Shown: positions 9,290 through 20,229, numbered from the stretch's first letter. The stretch: 64,000 nucleotides of DNA from an uncultured Actinomycetota bacterium (GCA_963746025.1 CAVUZU010000009.1:133727-197726), one strand, 5' to 3'. The notes: a model not told the origin generated them from the letters alone. Made by a program: numbers and translations.

Positions 9290-10564
9290 GTGAACGCCGC
9301 CTCGAGTTCGATCTTCATCTCCCGGATTCGCGGCCTACCGGTTCTGGATGGCTCGGGGGACCAGATCGGCAAGGTCCGCGACGCTGTCGTGCAGCGGCGC
9401 TCGGCCGGCCGGGCACCCCGGGTCAAGGGACTGGTGGTCGAGCTCTTCGCCCGGCACCGGATCTTCCTGCCGATGGCGGGCGTCCGCGGCATCGACGCCG
9501 CCCAGGTGGTGATCTCCGGCCCCGTCAATCCGCGGCGGTTCGAGCGGCGCGAGTCGGAGATGTTGGTGATCGGCGACCTGTTCGACCTGCGGATCACCCG
9601 GACCGACACCCCCGACCCGGCGACGATCTTCGATGTGGCCATGCATCCGGTGCGCAGCCTGGACTGGGAGCTGTCCCAGGTCGCGGTCCGGGAGGGCTCC
9701 CGGCCCCGCCGCTTCGGCCGGCGCGGCCATGTGACGATCGTCGACTGGTCGGTGGTCCGTGATCTTGGTGTTGATCATGAACAGGGCACCGAGCGGCTGC
9801 TGGCTCAGATGGAGGACATGAAGGCGGCCGACATCGCCCGCGAGCTGCACGACATGCTGCCGGAGCGCCGAGCCGAGGTCGCCGCGGCACTCGATGATCA
9901 GAAACTCGCCGATGCGCTGGAGGAGCTGCCCGAGGACGAGCAGGTGCAGCTGATCCAGGAGCTCGAGGTGGAGCGGGCGGCGGACGTGTTGGCCGAGATG
10001 GACCCGGACGACGCGGCCGACCTGATCGCCGACCTCTCCCCCGAGGTCGCCGAGGGGCTGCTGCGGCGGATGGAGCCGGACGAGGCCGAGGACGTACGCC
10101 GGCTGCTCAGCTATGCGGAGTTCACCGCCGGCGGGATGATGACCACCGAGCCGGTGGTGCTCCCCGCCGACGCGACCGTCGCCGACGCGCTGGCCCACGT
10201 CCGGGACGCCGAGCTGACGCCGGCCCTGGCCTGCATGGTCTACGTCTGCCGCAGCCCGCTGGAGACGCCGACCGGACAGTTCGTCGGCAGCGTGCACATC
10301 CAGCGGTTGCTCCGGGAACCTCCGTCGACGTTGGTCTCGGCCTTGATCGACGCCGAGCTGGAGCCGCTGACGCCGGAGGCCAACCTGCACGCGGTGAGCC
10401 GCTACTTCGCCACTTACAACCTGGTCAACGCTCCGGTGGTCGACGATGATCATCGGTTGATCGGCGCGGTGACCGTCGACGACGTACTCGATCATGTCCT
10501 GCCGGACGACTGGCGGGGCACCCAATTGGACCAGCTCTCCTCCCAGGCGGTGAACAGTGGCTAG
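9290..10564 (+). CDS. Magnesium transporter MgtE N-terminal / CBS domain protein
   Basis: PRC-like N-terminus, LAEMDPDDAADL repeats, TAGGMMTTEP, GAVTVDDVLDH. Confidence 0.92.
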   Translation: MNAASSSIFISRIRGLPVLDGSGDQIGKVRDAVVQRRSAGRAPRVKGLVVELFARHRIFLPMAGVRGIDAAQVVISGPVNPRRFERRESEMLVIGDLFDLRITRTDTPDPATIFDVAMHPVRSLDWELSQVAVREGSRPRRFGRRGHVTIVDWSVVRDLGVDHEQGTERLLAQMEDMKAADIARELHDMLPERRAEVAAALDDQKLADALEELPEDEQVQLIQELEVERAADVLAEMDPDDAADLIADLSPEVAEGLLRRMEPDEAEDVRRLLSYAEFTAGGMMTTEPVVLPADATVADALAHVRDAELTPALACMVYVCRSPLETPTGQFVGSVHIQRLLREPPSTLVSALIDAELEPLTPEANLHAVSRYFATYNLVNAPVVDDDHRLIGAVTVDDVLDHVLPDDWRGTQLDQLSSQAVNSG

Positions 10565-11123
10565 CAGCGAGCGACAGACCAACCGCTACCGGGCCGCTGG
10601 TGATCGGGAACGAGAACGGCTGAACACCCCCGGCCGGAGCCGTGGCGTGAAGCTGCCCCGGCCCAGTTGGGATCGGGACGCCTTCGGCCAGTTCGCCGAG
10701 GGCTTCGCCCGGTTCATGGGCACGGCCGGCTTCCTGATCGGGATGACCTTGATCATCATCGGCTGGGTGATCTGGAACTCGCCGATCGGCCCGCCGCGCC
10801 CCCGGATCGATCAGTATCCGTTCATCTTCCTGACCCTGATGCTGTCGCTGCAGGCCTCGTATGCGGCGCCGTTGATCTTGTTGGCACAGAACCGGCAGGA
10901 GGCCAGGGACCGGGTCGGGCTGGAACAGGACCGCGCCCAGGGTGCGCAGAACCGGGCCGACATGGACTTCCTGGCCCGGGAGATCGCCTCACTGCGGATG
11001 TCGGTCGGTGAAATCGCCACCCGCGACTACGTCCGGTCGGAGTTGCGGTCCGAACTGCGCGCCATCCTGGCCGAGTTGGAGGACGAGCGCAGCACCGCCC
11101 CGGGTTCCGGAACGCCGCGTTAG
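10557..11123 (+). CDS. DUF1003 membrane protein
   Basis: DQYPFIFLTLMLSLQASYAAPLILLAQNRQ signature. Confidence 0.93.
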   Translation: MASSERQTNRYRAAGDRERERLNTPGRSRGVKLPRPSWDRDAFGQFAEGFARFMGTAGFLIGMTLIIIGWVIWNSPIGPPRPRIDQYPFIFLTLMLSLQASYAAPLILLAQNRQEARDRVGLEQDRAQGAQNRADMDFLAREIASLRMSVGEIATRDYVRSELRSELRAILAELEDERSTAPGSGTPR

Positions 11124-14100
11124 CTCACCTGGATCGTCGCCGACGTCGTCACGCCGTTCACGGTGACCGAGACCGTCGCCGGGCCGGCTTTGACGGCCTT
11201 GATGGTGCCGGTCGCCGGGTCGAACTCGAGGTTCGGCGTGGTCTTCCAGTCCGCGCTCACCGGGTAGCTGACCGGCACCGTCCGGGTCCCCTGCAGCAGC
11301 GCCGCGGTGATCGGCGCCGTGGCACCGACGGCCAGGGTGGCCGGTGCGGTCAGCGTCAGCTTGTCGACGTGCGGCCGGAGCTGGGCCGAGATCCAGTCCG
11401 GTCCGCCGAGGTACGGGAACCGGCGGGCCCGGGCCTGGTCCGGCCTGGAGACCGGATCGACGCCGAGCATCGTCCAGCCCGTGAAGCCGCCCTCGGCCGG
11501 GGTGGTCGCCGGCGCCTTGCCGGAGTTGCCGTTGATCAAGAACGGCACGTTGTCGACGGTCGCGGCGTGGAAGGTGCCGACGTGGGCGCCGATGAACGCC
11601 GCGCCCTTGCCGGTGGATCGCTGGAAATCGGCGAGCCAGCCTTCCATCAGCGCCGCTTCGTGCCGGTCCCCCAGCTGGCTGTTCTTCGCCGGTGTCGGAT
11701 CCCGCGGCGGATGGTGTTCGATCACCACCACGGAGCTGATCGAACGATCATCGGCCGCGTCGTCCAGGGCCGAGCGGAGCAGGGCGAGCTGATCGAAACC
11801 GCCGCTGCGCAGCGTGCCGCCGGAGGTGTTCAGGGTGACGAACCTGGTGCCTTCATGATCAACCGTCCGGTACGGAGCGCCGAAGTATTTCTGGAAGTTG
11901 GTGATCGCCGAACCCATCACCTCGTGGTTTCCGGGCACGTAATAGTACGGCACCGAGCTGCCGATCTCCTCGTCCAGGATCTTCTTCGCCAGTTGGAAAT
12001 CCGCCTCGGTGGCCTCGTCCACGAAGTCGCCGGCGATCACGAAGAAGTCCGGCCTGGCGGCCTTGATCTCGCGCAGCGTCCGCCGCGCGGCCTGGACCAG
12101 CGGTGAGTCCGGATCGCGCGCGACGAACTGCGCGTCGGACATCACCGCGAACCGCCAGTTGCGGCCGTCGACGTCGGCCTGGGTCTGAATGATCGGCGCC
12201 CGGACCGGTGGTTCGGGCGGCACCGCCACCGCCGGCGCGGCGTTGACGTAGAGGTTGTCGATCAAGACCTCGCCGGTGTATTGCGCGGACGCCTTCGTCT
12301 CCAGCGTGTAGATCCGGCCGATCGTCACCGGCTGCGGCAGCCCCGGTGGCACCTCGAGTTCGACGTTCTGCCAGCCGGTCCAGGTCACGTACGGCCCGTA
12401 CACGGCGGTGAACTTCCCGGTCGCGTCGTACAGCCCGAACGCCGTCCACTCGCCCTTCCCGTGGCCGTACATCGACACCCCGAACGACCGGGCCTGACCG
12501 GCGACGCCGAGCGGCTTCGGCGGGATCGCGTACGCGTTCCGGGTCAGCGTGCTCTGGGTGTAGTCGTACGCCAGCTTGAGCCCGGCCCCGTCCTCGCCGT
12601 CCGGCACCTTGCTCACCGTCGCCGTTGCCCGGGCGGTGCCGACGGTCCACTGATCGGCGTCGTCGAACGTCGCCAGCGGCTGCTTGGTCACGCCGACCGA
12701 GACTCCGAGGGTCGTGCTCAGCTCACCGACTCGGGCCGTCACCAGACCGGCTCCGGTTCCCTTGATCGGCTTCACCCGGAGCCTGCCGTCGGCCGTCGGG
12801 GTGATTGTGAACAGCGACTGGTCGTAGCTCAGCTTCAGGTCGGCCGGATCGATCGGGGCCGAGGTGCCGAACGCGTCGTAGCCGAGGATCCCAAAGGTCG
12901 CCGTGGCGTCGACGCTCGGCACGTTCACCGTCTCCGCGGTGGCGGCGAGCCGAGCCGGTCGGCCGAGCACGTCCAGCTGCAGCGTGCCCCGGGCCGAGCC
13001 GGAGCGGGCGGTGATCGTCGTCGGTCCCGGGTCGGTCGCGCGGAAGGCGCCGTCCCGGACCGCCCCGCGGGTTGCCGACCACTGGATCCCGTCCGCCGGC
13101 GCCGGGCCGTAGGTCTCGTCGTGCGGGGTCGCGGTCAGCGCGCGGGTCAGCCCGCTGAACACCCGGTCCGGCCGAGCCTTCCCGGCCACCGGGCTGTCGC
13201 TGGCGGCGGTCTGCGGCGTGGCGGCCGGGGCCAGCCAGAAGCCGGCCAGGTCGCCGCTGCCCTTCGGTCCGATGATCGCCAGCCCGTTCGGCACCGGCCG
13301 CAGCGAGCCGTCGCCAGGGGTGTTGTCGACCTGCACCCGCGACGCGCCGGGCAGCCGGCTGACCAGGGTGGTCGAGCCGCCGCCGTCCAGTTCCACGCCG
13401 ACCCAGGCACCGCGGGCCTCCAGCAGCCGGCCCAGCTCGGCCAGCGTCGCGCCCCGGCTGTGCGTCTGCCGGTCGCTGTCGACGCTGACGATGATGATCT
13501 TGGTGCCGTCCCGGGAGAAGCCGAGGCCGGTCCGGCCGGCGTACTCCTGGTCATCGACCGGCCGCGCCTTGCCGTCCTGGACCAGCAGTTCGTGCACGCC
13601 GATCGCGGTCTGCAACGGGCGGCCGTCGGAGGGCCGCGGCCGGTAGCTGACGCCGACCTTGTCGCCCGGCCGCAGCGCCCGCAGCGCGGCCGCGCCGGCC
13701 TCGCGACCGAGCAGGATCGTCGTGTCAGCAGGGATCGCGCCCTCCCCCGCCTGATCACGGACCGCAGTGACGACACCGTCGGTGAACGTCACCTCGACCA
13801 CCTGGCCGGCGCCCTGCACGGCCCGGCTGCGCGGATAGGCGCCCCAGAGCGAGGTGTACGCCGCCACCTCGCCGGACTGCAGCAGCGGGCTGTTCAGCCG
13901 ATCCAGCGGGACCGATCCGGAGGGCAGCGTCGCCGTACCCTCGAACAGGACCTCGAGCACCCGGCCGACACCGTCGGCGTCGAAGCCGACCGCGCGGTAG
14001 GGATCAGCCGACGGCGACTTGATCAACTCGCCGTCCTTGATCGCCGGGCCGAGCGGTGCACCGGAGTTATTGATGTCGAAGAAGTCGCCATTGACCGCCG

Positions 14101-14422
14101 CGACCGCGCCGGCGTCGTCGGCCTGCTCGGTGACCGGCCGCAGCGTGGTCAGGTCCTGGTTGCCCAGGTAGTCGATCCGGGCGCCCTGGGTGGTGTCGAT
14201 GGTCAGCGCGTTGCCTTGCTGCCAGCCCTTGGCGTCCAGCGTCTCGAGTTGCTCGACGGTGACGCCGGGGGCGACCGGCCGAGACCGTTGAAAGGTCTCG
14301 ATCGCGGCCGGTGGGGCGGCGGCCGTGGGCTTGGCGGCCGCCGGCTGCGTACTGATGACCAGCAACGGCGCGAGCATCGACAAGACGACCAGCAGGACCC
14401 GACTCCGGCTGCGCTTCGTCAT
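11120..14422 (-). CDS. Secreted phosphodiester glycosidase (NAGPA-like) / metallophosphoesterase multidomain protein
   Basis: Signal peptide; AVNGDFFD and LDGGGSTT (NAGPA); SDAQ, GDFVD, GNHE, HH and GAHVG (calcineurin-like); Ig-like C-terminus. Confidence 0.88.
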   Translation of the reverse strand: MTKRSRSRVLLVVLSMLAPLLVISTQPAAAKPTAAAPPAAIETFQRSRPVAPGVTVEQLETLDAKGWQQGNALTIDTTQGARIDYLGNQDLTTLRPVTEQADDAGAVAAVNGDFFDINNSGAPLGPAIKDGELIKSPSADPYRAVGFDADGVGRVLEVLFEGTATLPSGSVPLDRLNSPLLQSGEVAAYTSLWGAYPRSRAVQGAGQVVEVTFTDGVVTAVRDQAGEGAIPADTTILLGREAGAAALRALRPGDKVGVSYRPRPSDGRPLQTAIGVHELLVQDGKARPVDDQEYAGRTGLGFSRDGTKIIIVSVDSDRQTHSRGATLAELGRLLEARGAWVGVELDGGGSTTLVSRLPGASRVQVDNTPGDGSLRPVPNGLAIIGPKGSGDLAGFWLAPAATPQTAASDSPVAGKARPDRVFSGLTRALTATPHDETYGPAPADGIQWSATRGAVRDGAFRATDPGPTTITARSGSARGTLQLDVLGRPARLAATAETVNVPSVDATATFGILGYDAFGTSAPIDPADLKLSYDQSLFTITPTADGRLRVKPIKGTGAGLVTARVGELSTTLGVSVGVTKQPLATFDDADQWTVGTARATATVSKVPDGEDGAGLKLAYDYTQSTLTRNAYAIPPKPLGVAGQARSFGVSMYGHGKGEWTAFGLYDATGKFTAVYGPYVTWTGWQNVELEVPPGLPQPVTIGRIYTLETKASAQYTGEVLIDNLYVNAAPAVAVPPEPPVRAPIIQTQADVDGRNWRFAVMSDAQFVARDPDSPLVQAARRTLREIKAARPDFFVIAGDFVDEATEADFQLAKKILDEEIGSSVPYYYVPGNHEVMGSAITNFQKYFGAPYRTVDHEGTRFVTLNTSGGTLRSGGFDQLALLRSALDDAADDRSISSVVVIEHHPPRDPTPAKNSQLGDRHEAALMEGWLADFQRSTGKGAAFIGAHVGTFHAATVDNVPFLINGNSGKAPATTPAEGGFTGWTMLGVDPVSRPDQARARRFPYLGGPDWISAQLRPHVDKLTLTAPATLAVGATAPITAALLQGTRTVPVSYPVSADWKTTPNLEFDPATGTIKAVKAGPATVSVTVNGVTTSATIQVS

Positions 14423-14515
14423 CGGCCACCTCCCCGAGGGAAATTATTGACACGCACAGTCTGAACGTTGGCGGCATTGTGCACCAGCCCCGGGGATGAA
14501 CGATCGCCGAATCAG

Positions 14516-14600
14516 CCCACTCCGCCGAGCCGTCACATCCGCTCCGACACGCCGCAGAATCGGCCGCGGATGTGACGGGTCGGCGGATTTGGGGGTGGGC
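14516..14600. repeat. Palindromic REP-like repeat, family C (CCGTCACATCCGC...GCGGATGTGACGG)
   Basis: Copies at 44159-44302 (doublet) and 50956-51013. Confidence 0.85.
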
Positions 14601-14620
14601 GGTCGGTTTACGCTGGAGGT

Positions 14621-15781
14621 ATGTCCGACCCGACCCCCGCCCATCCCCTCGAGCCGAAGATCCGACAGGCGCTGGCGAGCGTGAACGACCCCGAGATCCA
14701 CCGGCCGATCACCGAACTCGGCATGGTCGCGTCGATCGAGGTCGGGCCCGAAGGCGCAGTCCGGGTGGAGGTGCTGCTCACCATCGCGGGCTGCCCGCTG
14801 AAGGACACGCTGCGCCGGGACGTCACCGCGGCCGCGACGGCGGTCGCCGGGGTCGCATCGGTCGAGGTCGTGCTCGGAGTGATGTCGGACGAGCAGCGGG
14901 CCGGGCTGCGGGAACTGCTGAAGGGCGGCCAGACCGACCGGGAGATCCCGTTCGCCCGGGCCGACTCGCTGACCCAGGTGATCGCGGTCGCCTCCGGCAA
15001 GGGCGGCGTCGGCAAGTCGTCGGTGACGGTCAACCTGGCGCTGGCGCTGGCGGCGAAGGGCCGCACCGTCGGAGTGCTGGACGCCGACATCTACGGCCAC
15101 TCGGTGCCGGCGATGCTCGGTGTCGCCGATGCCCGGCCGACCTCGGTCGAGGACATGATCATGCCGGTCCCGGCACTGGGTCTGAAGGTGATCTCGATCG
15201 GGATGCTGAAGCCCCGTCGGGATCAGGTGGTGGCCTGGCGCGGCCCGATCCTGGACCGGGCGCTGACCCAGATGCTGGCCGACGTCTACTGGGGCGACCT
15301 GGACTACCTGCTGATCGACCTGCCGCCGGGCACCGGCGATGTGGCGATCTCGCTCGGCCAGAAGCTGCCGAACGCGGAGGTGCTGGTGATCACCACCCCG
15401 CAGCAGGCGGCGGCCGAGGTGGCTGAGCGGGCCGGCACGATGGCGTCGATGATGAACCAGCGGGTGATCGGCGTGGTGGAGAACATGTCCTACTACCTGG
15501 TGCCCGGCGGCACCCCGGAGAAGCACTACATCTTCGGCGAGGGTGGCGGCCAGGAGGTGTCGGAGACGCTCACCCAGCGGCTCGGCTACCCGGTGCCGCT
15601 GCTGACCCAGGTGCCGCTGGACCCGAAGCTCCGGGCCGGCGGCGACGACGGGTCGCCGATCGTGCTGTCCGAGCCGGAGCAGCCGGCCGCCCAGGCGTTG
15701 ACCGGGCTCGCCGATCATCTGGCCGGCCGCGGCCGCGGGCTGCTCGGCAAGCAGTTGGGCCTGGCGCCGGCCGGTCGCTGA
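14621..15781 (+). CDS. mrp: Mrp/NBP35 family Fe-S cluster carrier ATPase
   Basis: DUF59 N-terminus (VNDPEI), ASGKGGVGKS, DADIYG, WRGP, DLPPGTGD, ENMS. Confidence 0.95.
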   Translation: MSDPTPAHPLEPKIRQALASVNDPEIHRPITELGMVASIEVGPEGAVRVEVLLTIAGCPLKDTLRRDVTAAATAVAGVASVEVVLGVMSDEQRAGLRELLKGGQTDREIPFARADSLTQVIAVASGKGGVGKSSVTVNLALALAAKGRTVGVLDADIYGHSVPAMLGVADARPTSVEDMIMPVPALGLKVISIGMLKPRRDQVVAWRGPILDRALTQMLADVYWGDLDYLLIDLPPGTGDVAISLGQKLPNAEVLVITTPQQAAAEVAERAGTMASMMNQRVIGVVENMSYYLVPGGTPEKHYIFGEGGGQEVSETLTQRLGYPVPLLTQVPLDPKLRAGGDDGSPIVLSEPEQPAAQALTGLADHLAGRGRGLLGKQLGLAPAGR

Positions 15782-15856
15782 TCATGAATTGTTGATCTTG
15801 GAATAGTTCGGCCCCTCGTTGTTGTTGATCAAGGACGACAACGAGAGGATCTGCAG

Positions 15857-16744
15857 ATGTTGCTGGGAATCGGACTTCCCACGGCCGGCGAACTGGCGGG
15901 CACGGAAGCGATCGCGAAGGCGGCCGAGGGCGCCGAACGACTCGGGCTGGACTCGGTCTGGTCGTTCGAACGGCTGCTGGCCCCGACCGGGCCGGTCGCC
16001 ATGGGCGGTCAGCAGAACGAGCTGCCGGAGGCGTACAGCACCGTCTTCTCGCCGCTGGAGGTGCTGGCCTTCGTGGCGGCGCGGACCGACCGGATCCGGC
16101 TCGGCACCAGCGTGATGGTCGCGCCGCTGCACCACCCGGTGGACCTGGCCCGGCGCTTCGCGACGCTGGACCAGCTGAGCAACGGCCGGGCGATCGTCGG
16201 GCTCGGCCAGGGCTGGATGCAGCAGGAGTACGACACCGCCGGGGTGCCCCGGAGTCGGTTGGGCGACGGCTTCGGCGAACTGATCGAGGCGATGCGTACG
16301 GCCTGGCGCCCGGATCCGGTCTCGTTCGACGGCCGGCACTACCGCTATCCCGAGTCCCGGATCAGCCCCAAGCCGGTGCAGCCGGACGGGCCGCCGATCC
16401 TGGTCGCCGCGAGCGCGCCGGCCTCGATCCGGCGCACCGCCGAAGCCGGGCTCGGGCTCAACCCGGGCTGGCACGGCTGGGAGACGCTGACCGCGGGCAT
16501 CGAGCAGTTCCAGCAGGCCGCCCGGGACGCCGGACGGGACCCGGCCGAGCTGCCGATCGCGCTCCGGGTCAACGGGCGGATCACCGAACAGCCGCAGGGC
16601 ACGGAGCCGACCGTCGTCGGTTCACCGGACCAGATCGCCGAGGCGCTGCCGAAGCTGGCGCTGCTCGGGGTCAACGAGGTCTTCTGGTCGATGGATCTGC
16701 CGATCGACGACCAGCTCGGACTGCTGGCCCAACTCACCGCCTGA
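15857..16744 (+). CDS. LLM-class (probably F420-dependent) oxidoreductase
   Basis: AERLGLDSVW, RIRLGTSV, ATLDQLSNGR, PKPVQPDGPPI. Confidence 0.9.
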   Translation: MLLGIGLPTAGELAGTEAIAKAAEGAERLGLDSVWSFERLLAPTGPVAMGGQQNELPEAYSTVFSPLEVLAFVAARTDRIRLGTSVMVAPLHHPVDLARRFATLDQLSNGRAIVGLGQGWMQQEYDTAGVPRSRLGDGFGELIEAMRTAWRPDPVSFDGRHYRYPESRISPKPVQPDGPPILVAASAPASIRRTAEAGLGLNPGWHGWETLTAGIEQFQQAARDAGRDPAELPIALRVNGRITEQPQGTEPTVVGSPDQIAEALPKLALLGVNEVFWSMDLPIDDQLGLLAQLTA

Positions 16745-16749
16745 ACGCA

Positions 16750-16781
16750 CCTCACAACGCCGACTTGTCAGTGTTGTGAGG
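16750..16781. terminator. Hairpin between convergent LLM oxidoreductase and tatB
   Basis: CCTCACAACGCCGAC pairs with GTCAGTGTTGTGAGG (one G-U, one mismatch). Confidence 0.55.
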
Positions 16782-16782
16782 G

Positions 16783-17202
16783 TCAGGTGGCGTCGGGATC
16801 GAAGGGGGTCAGGACACGGGCGGCGACGGCGGGCTCGGCGCCGTTGACACCGTTGCTGCCGGTCTTCGCGTTGTTCACCGCGTCGGTGATGTCCTTGGAG
16901 ATGCCCTTGCCGGCCTCGGTGCCGGCCGCGAAATCGGACTTCACGTCGGCGACGATCGGCTCGACGTCGTCCAGCAGGTGCTTCTTGATGAACGCCTTGG
17001 GATTGAGGTCCCGGAAGTCGACGTCTTCGAAGCCGGGGCCCAGCTCCTTCTTCAGCTGATTCTGGGCGTTCCCGGCCATCGTCCGGACGTAGCGCACCAG
17101 GTGGGCAGCCTTGCGGGCGAACTGAGGAAGCCGCTCCGGGCCAAAGATGATCACTGCGACGACGACCAGCGCCAGCAGCTCCGTGGGCCCGATGTCGAAC
17201 AT
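16783..17202 (-). CDS. tatB: Sec-independent protein translocase TatB
   Basis: MFDIGPTELL...FGPERLP, C-terminal PFDPDAT; htrA-tatB-mrp synteny. Confidence 0.93.
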   Translation of the reverse strand: MFDIGPTELLALVVVAVIIFGPERLPQFARKAAHLVRYVRTMAGNAQNQLKKELGPGFEDVDFRDLNPKAFIKKHLLDDVEPIVADVKSDFAAGTEAGKGISKDITDAVNNAKTGSNGVNGAEPAVAARVLTPFDPDAT

Positions 17203-17277
17203 GGTTTAGATCCTACCGGGGTCCCCGCGAAGTTGTTCGGGGGAGCGAAGCGGAGGAGAAGAACTTCGTGGGGAGTT

Positions 17278-18714
17278 TTAACCCTCGCGAGCGCCGAGCG
17301 TGACCTTGGCCTCGGACTTCTTGCCGCCGCGTTCGTACCCGAGCACCACCTGGTCGTCCGGCCGGTGGGTCCGGATGGCGACGATCAGCTGTTCCACCGC
17401 CTGCACCGGCTTGCCGTCGATGCTGGTCACCACGTCGCCGTCGGCCAGCCCCGCCTTGTCCGCCGGGCCGCCGTTCTCGATCGCGGACAGCTCGACTCCG
17501 GTGCCGTCCGGGGTGTCGGTGACGTTCGCGCCGATCACCGGGTAGGTCGCCTTGCCGTCCTTGATCAACATTTTGGTGATGTCCATCGCCTGGTTGATCG
17601 GGATGGCGAAGCCGAGCCCGATGCTGCCCGACTGCCCGCGGCCGGAACTGATGGTGAGGATCGCCGAGTTCACCCCGACCACCCGGGCCTCACCGTCGAC
17701 CAGCGGACCGCCGGAGTTGCCCGGGTTGATCGGCGCATCGGTCTGCAGCGCGTTGATGTAGGCCGACGAGGCCGACGGATCTTGCTCGTCGCCGCCGACC
17801 ACCACCGGCCGGTCCTTGGAGCTGACGATCCCCTGGGTCACGGTGTTGGCCAGGCCGAGCGGAGACCCGATCGCGATCACCGTCTCGCCGACCTGGATGG
17901 CATCGGAGTCGCCGACCGCCATCGGCGCCAGTTCCGCCGACTTCGGCACCTGGATCACCGCGAGATCATAGGTCGGGCTGCGGCCGAGGATCTTCGCCGT
18001 CGCCCGGCGGCCGTCGTTGAAGATCACGGTGATCCGGCCGCCGTCCGCCGCGTTTTCGACCACATGGTTGTTGGTCACGATCCGGCCGTCGGCGTCCAGC
18101 ACGAAGCCGGAGCCGCCGGTGCCGTTGTCGCCACTGCCGGACCTGATCATCACGGTGCTGGGCAGGGCCCGCTTGGCCACCTCGACCGTGTTCGCGATCG
18201 GCGGCGCCGGTGGCAGCGGTGGCTGCTGAGAGGGGTTCGGCGGCTGAGACGACGTCGTTTGCGGTGCGGCCGACCGGGGCGCGATCAGACCGCCGCCGTA
18301 GCCGGCGATTCCGCCGATCACCGCGGCCAGGATCACCGCCAGCAGCAGGATGCCGACCGTCGGGCCACGACGCTCCCGGCGGGCCGGTTTCGGTGGCGGG
18401 TACGGCAGCCCAGGTTGCATCGGCGGCACGTTGCCCGGCGCCGGGAACAGCTGGGGAGGCGGCGGCGTCGGCTGGTGCATCGGCTGCTGCGGGGCCGACT
18501 GCTGATAGCTCGGGCCTACGGTCGGGAGCGGCTGGGTGTCGTCGGCCCGGCGCCGCGGCGCCGAGGGCGGCGGCGCTGCCGGGAAGCCGGTCTCGGCCGG
18601 CATCCCGGCGGAGGGGGGTGACGACTCCGGTCGCCCGTCCGGCGCGCCGAACGGCCCGTAGTAGTGGTAGTCGTCATTGCGACTGCCCCGGTCGGGGCGG
18701 TCGTCAGCTGCCAT
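17278..18714 (-). CDS. htrA: HtrA/DegP serine protease with PDZ domain
   Basis: Pro-rich N-terminus, TM helix, TNNHV, DLAVI, QTDAPINPGNSGG, PDZ. Confidence 0.93.
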   Translation of the reverse strand: MAADDRPDRGSRNDDYHYYGPFGAPDGRPESSPPSAGMPAETGFPAAPPPSAPRRRADDTQPLPTVGPSYQQSAPQQPMHQPTPPPPQLFPAPGNVPPMQPGLPYPPPKPARRERRGPTVGILLLAVILAAVIGGIAGYGGGLIAPRSAAPQTTSSQPPNPSQQPPLPPAPPIANTVEVAKRALPSTVMIRSGSGDNGTGGSGFVLDADGRIVTNNHVVENAADGGRITVIFNDGRRATAKILGRSPTYDLAVIQVPKSAELAPMAVGDSDAIQVGETVIAIGSPLGLANTVTQGIVSSKDRPVVVGGDEQDPSASSAYINALQTDAPINPGNSGGPLVDGEARVVGVNSAILTISSGRGQSGSIGLGFAIPINQAMDITKMLIKDGKATYPVIGANVTDTPDGTGVELSAIENGGPADKAGLADGDVVTSIDGKPVQAVEQLIVAIRTHRPDDQVVLGYERGGKKSEAKVTLGAREG

Positions 18715-18720
18715 GTCCGT

Positions 18721-20229
18721 CTATCCGACCAGGTCGTGGATGATGCGGGTCAGACCCGCCTGCACGCGGCCCATCGTAGTTGGCTCCGGCGTCGTTTCAT
18801 GGGGCAGCTGGCCGACCACCTCGGTCAGCGCAGCCCGATCCCCGTCGGTGATCACCGTGAAGACCTTGTCGCCGGACTGCCAGGTGGCGGCCATCGCCGA
18901 CCCGCCCCGCAGATAGGCCCGGGCAGCCTCGTCCCAGGTGGCCCCGGACGGCGCCCCGGCCAGTCGGCCACGCGCCTCGAACACCGCGACGGTGGTCAGT
19001 CCGTCGCTGTACGTCATGTGCAGCGACTCGGGTTGATCGGCCGCGTCGCTGCGCAGCCGAACCAGGGACAGACCCGCTAGTTGATCATGGCAGGACCAGC
19101 CCCGGTCGGACATCATCGGTGCACTGGACAGGGTCAGCGCGGTCGCCTCGTCCGGGCTGTTCAGCGACGGCGCCGAGTCGCGCGGGAACTGGGCGTTGCT
19201 GACGTCGACCTGGGTGAACCCGGCAGACAACCGCACCGAACCGTCGTCGGCGAACCGCTGCTGCCACAGCACCAGGCCGGTGTGCTCGTCGATCCACCAC
19301 CGGGCCGCCAGCCGACCGGTGGCGTAGCTGATCGCGTCGACCGTCACGGCCGAGCGGCCGACCACCTTGGCCTGGCCGGCGCCGGTCAGCCGGTAGCCGC
19401 TGGTGAGCAGCCGGAACAGGTCACTGTCGCCGACCGGCGTCCGGGCCGGTGCGGTCAGGAAGCCCTCGGTCAGTTGCCGACCGCTGGGGCCGCGCACCGC
19501 GACATGGCCGCCGCGGCCGGGCTCGTACGCGATCGCCATCGAGCCGGCGGTCCGATCGGCTCCGGTCCCGGACACCATCCGCTGATGGCCCGAATAGCCG
19601 ACCGTGGTCGCGGCCTCGATCGCCCGGCGCAGCCAGTTCGACGCGGCGACCAGCGACAGCTCCGGCCCGGTGGCGGGACCCGGTGCGTCGAGCTCGGCGT
19701 CGGGAGCGGACAGGGCGGCCTGGTCGACCAGGGCAGCAGCGCTGACCAGGCTGCTGGCCATCGGCAACTGGGCCAGGGTCGAACCGAACTCGCTCCGCGC
19801 GCCCGGCGCGGGGTCGGCGATCAACGGCGACTGCTGCGTCGGTGCGGCCGCATACCCGATCCCGGAGACGGTCGCCGTCAGGACGGCGACGATCACGATC
19901 ACCGCTGCGGTCCGGCGCAGCGCGGCATGACGTTCGCGGGGCAGGTCGGCCCATTCGCTGCGTTCGAACGGTCGGGAGTCCAACGGTCGCCCGGCCCGTG
20001 GTCCGGCGATCGAGACCAGCCGGTCGGACAGGGCGCCCGGTGCGGCTGGCCCGGCGGTGACTCCGTGGGTCAGAAGCTGGCGCAGCCGGAAGAGTTCTTC
20101 GACCTCGTCCCGGCAGTCCGGGCAGTGGGCCAGGTGCTTGACCACCCGGTCTTCATCGGCGCGCTCCAGTGCCCCGTCCACATAGGCGGATCGGAGCTCG
20201 GCCAAATCTCGACAAGTAGTCCTCTTCAC
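18721..20229 (-). CDS. Zinc-finger anti-sigma factor (zf-HC2) with an extracytoplasmic MucB/RseB-like domain
   Basis: [10 protein letters not shown] helix, [11 protein letters not shown] and [12 protein letters not shown]; start overlaps the sigE stop. Confidence 0.85.
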   Translation of the reverse strand: MKRTTCRDLAELRSAYVDGALERADEDRVVKHLAHCPDCRDEVEELFRLRQLLTHGVTAGPAAPGALSDRLVSIAGPRAGRPLDSRPFERSEWADLPRERHAALRRTAAVIVIVAVLTATVSGIGYAAAPTQQSPLIADPAPGARSEFGSTLAQLPMASSLVSAAALVDQAALSAPDAELDAPGPATGPELSLVAASNWLRRAIEAATTVGYSGHQRMVSGTGADRTAGSMAIAYEPGRGGHVAVRGPSGRQLTEGFLTAPARTPVGDSDLFRLLTSGYRLTGAGQAKVVGRSAVTVDAISYATGRLAARWWIDEHTGLVLWQQRFADDGSVRLSAGFTQVDVSNAQFPRDSAPSLNSPDEATALTLSSAPMMSDRGWSCHDQLAGLSLVRLRSDAADQPESLHMTYSDGLTTVAVFEARGRLAGAPSGATWDEAARAYLRGGSAMAATWQSGDKVFTVITDGDRAALTEVVGQLPHETTPEPTTMGRVQAGLTRIIHDLVG

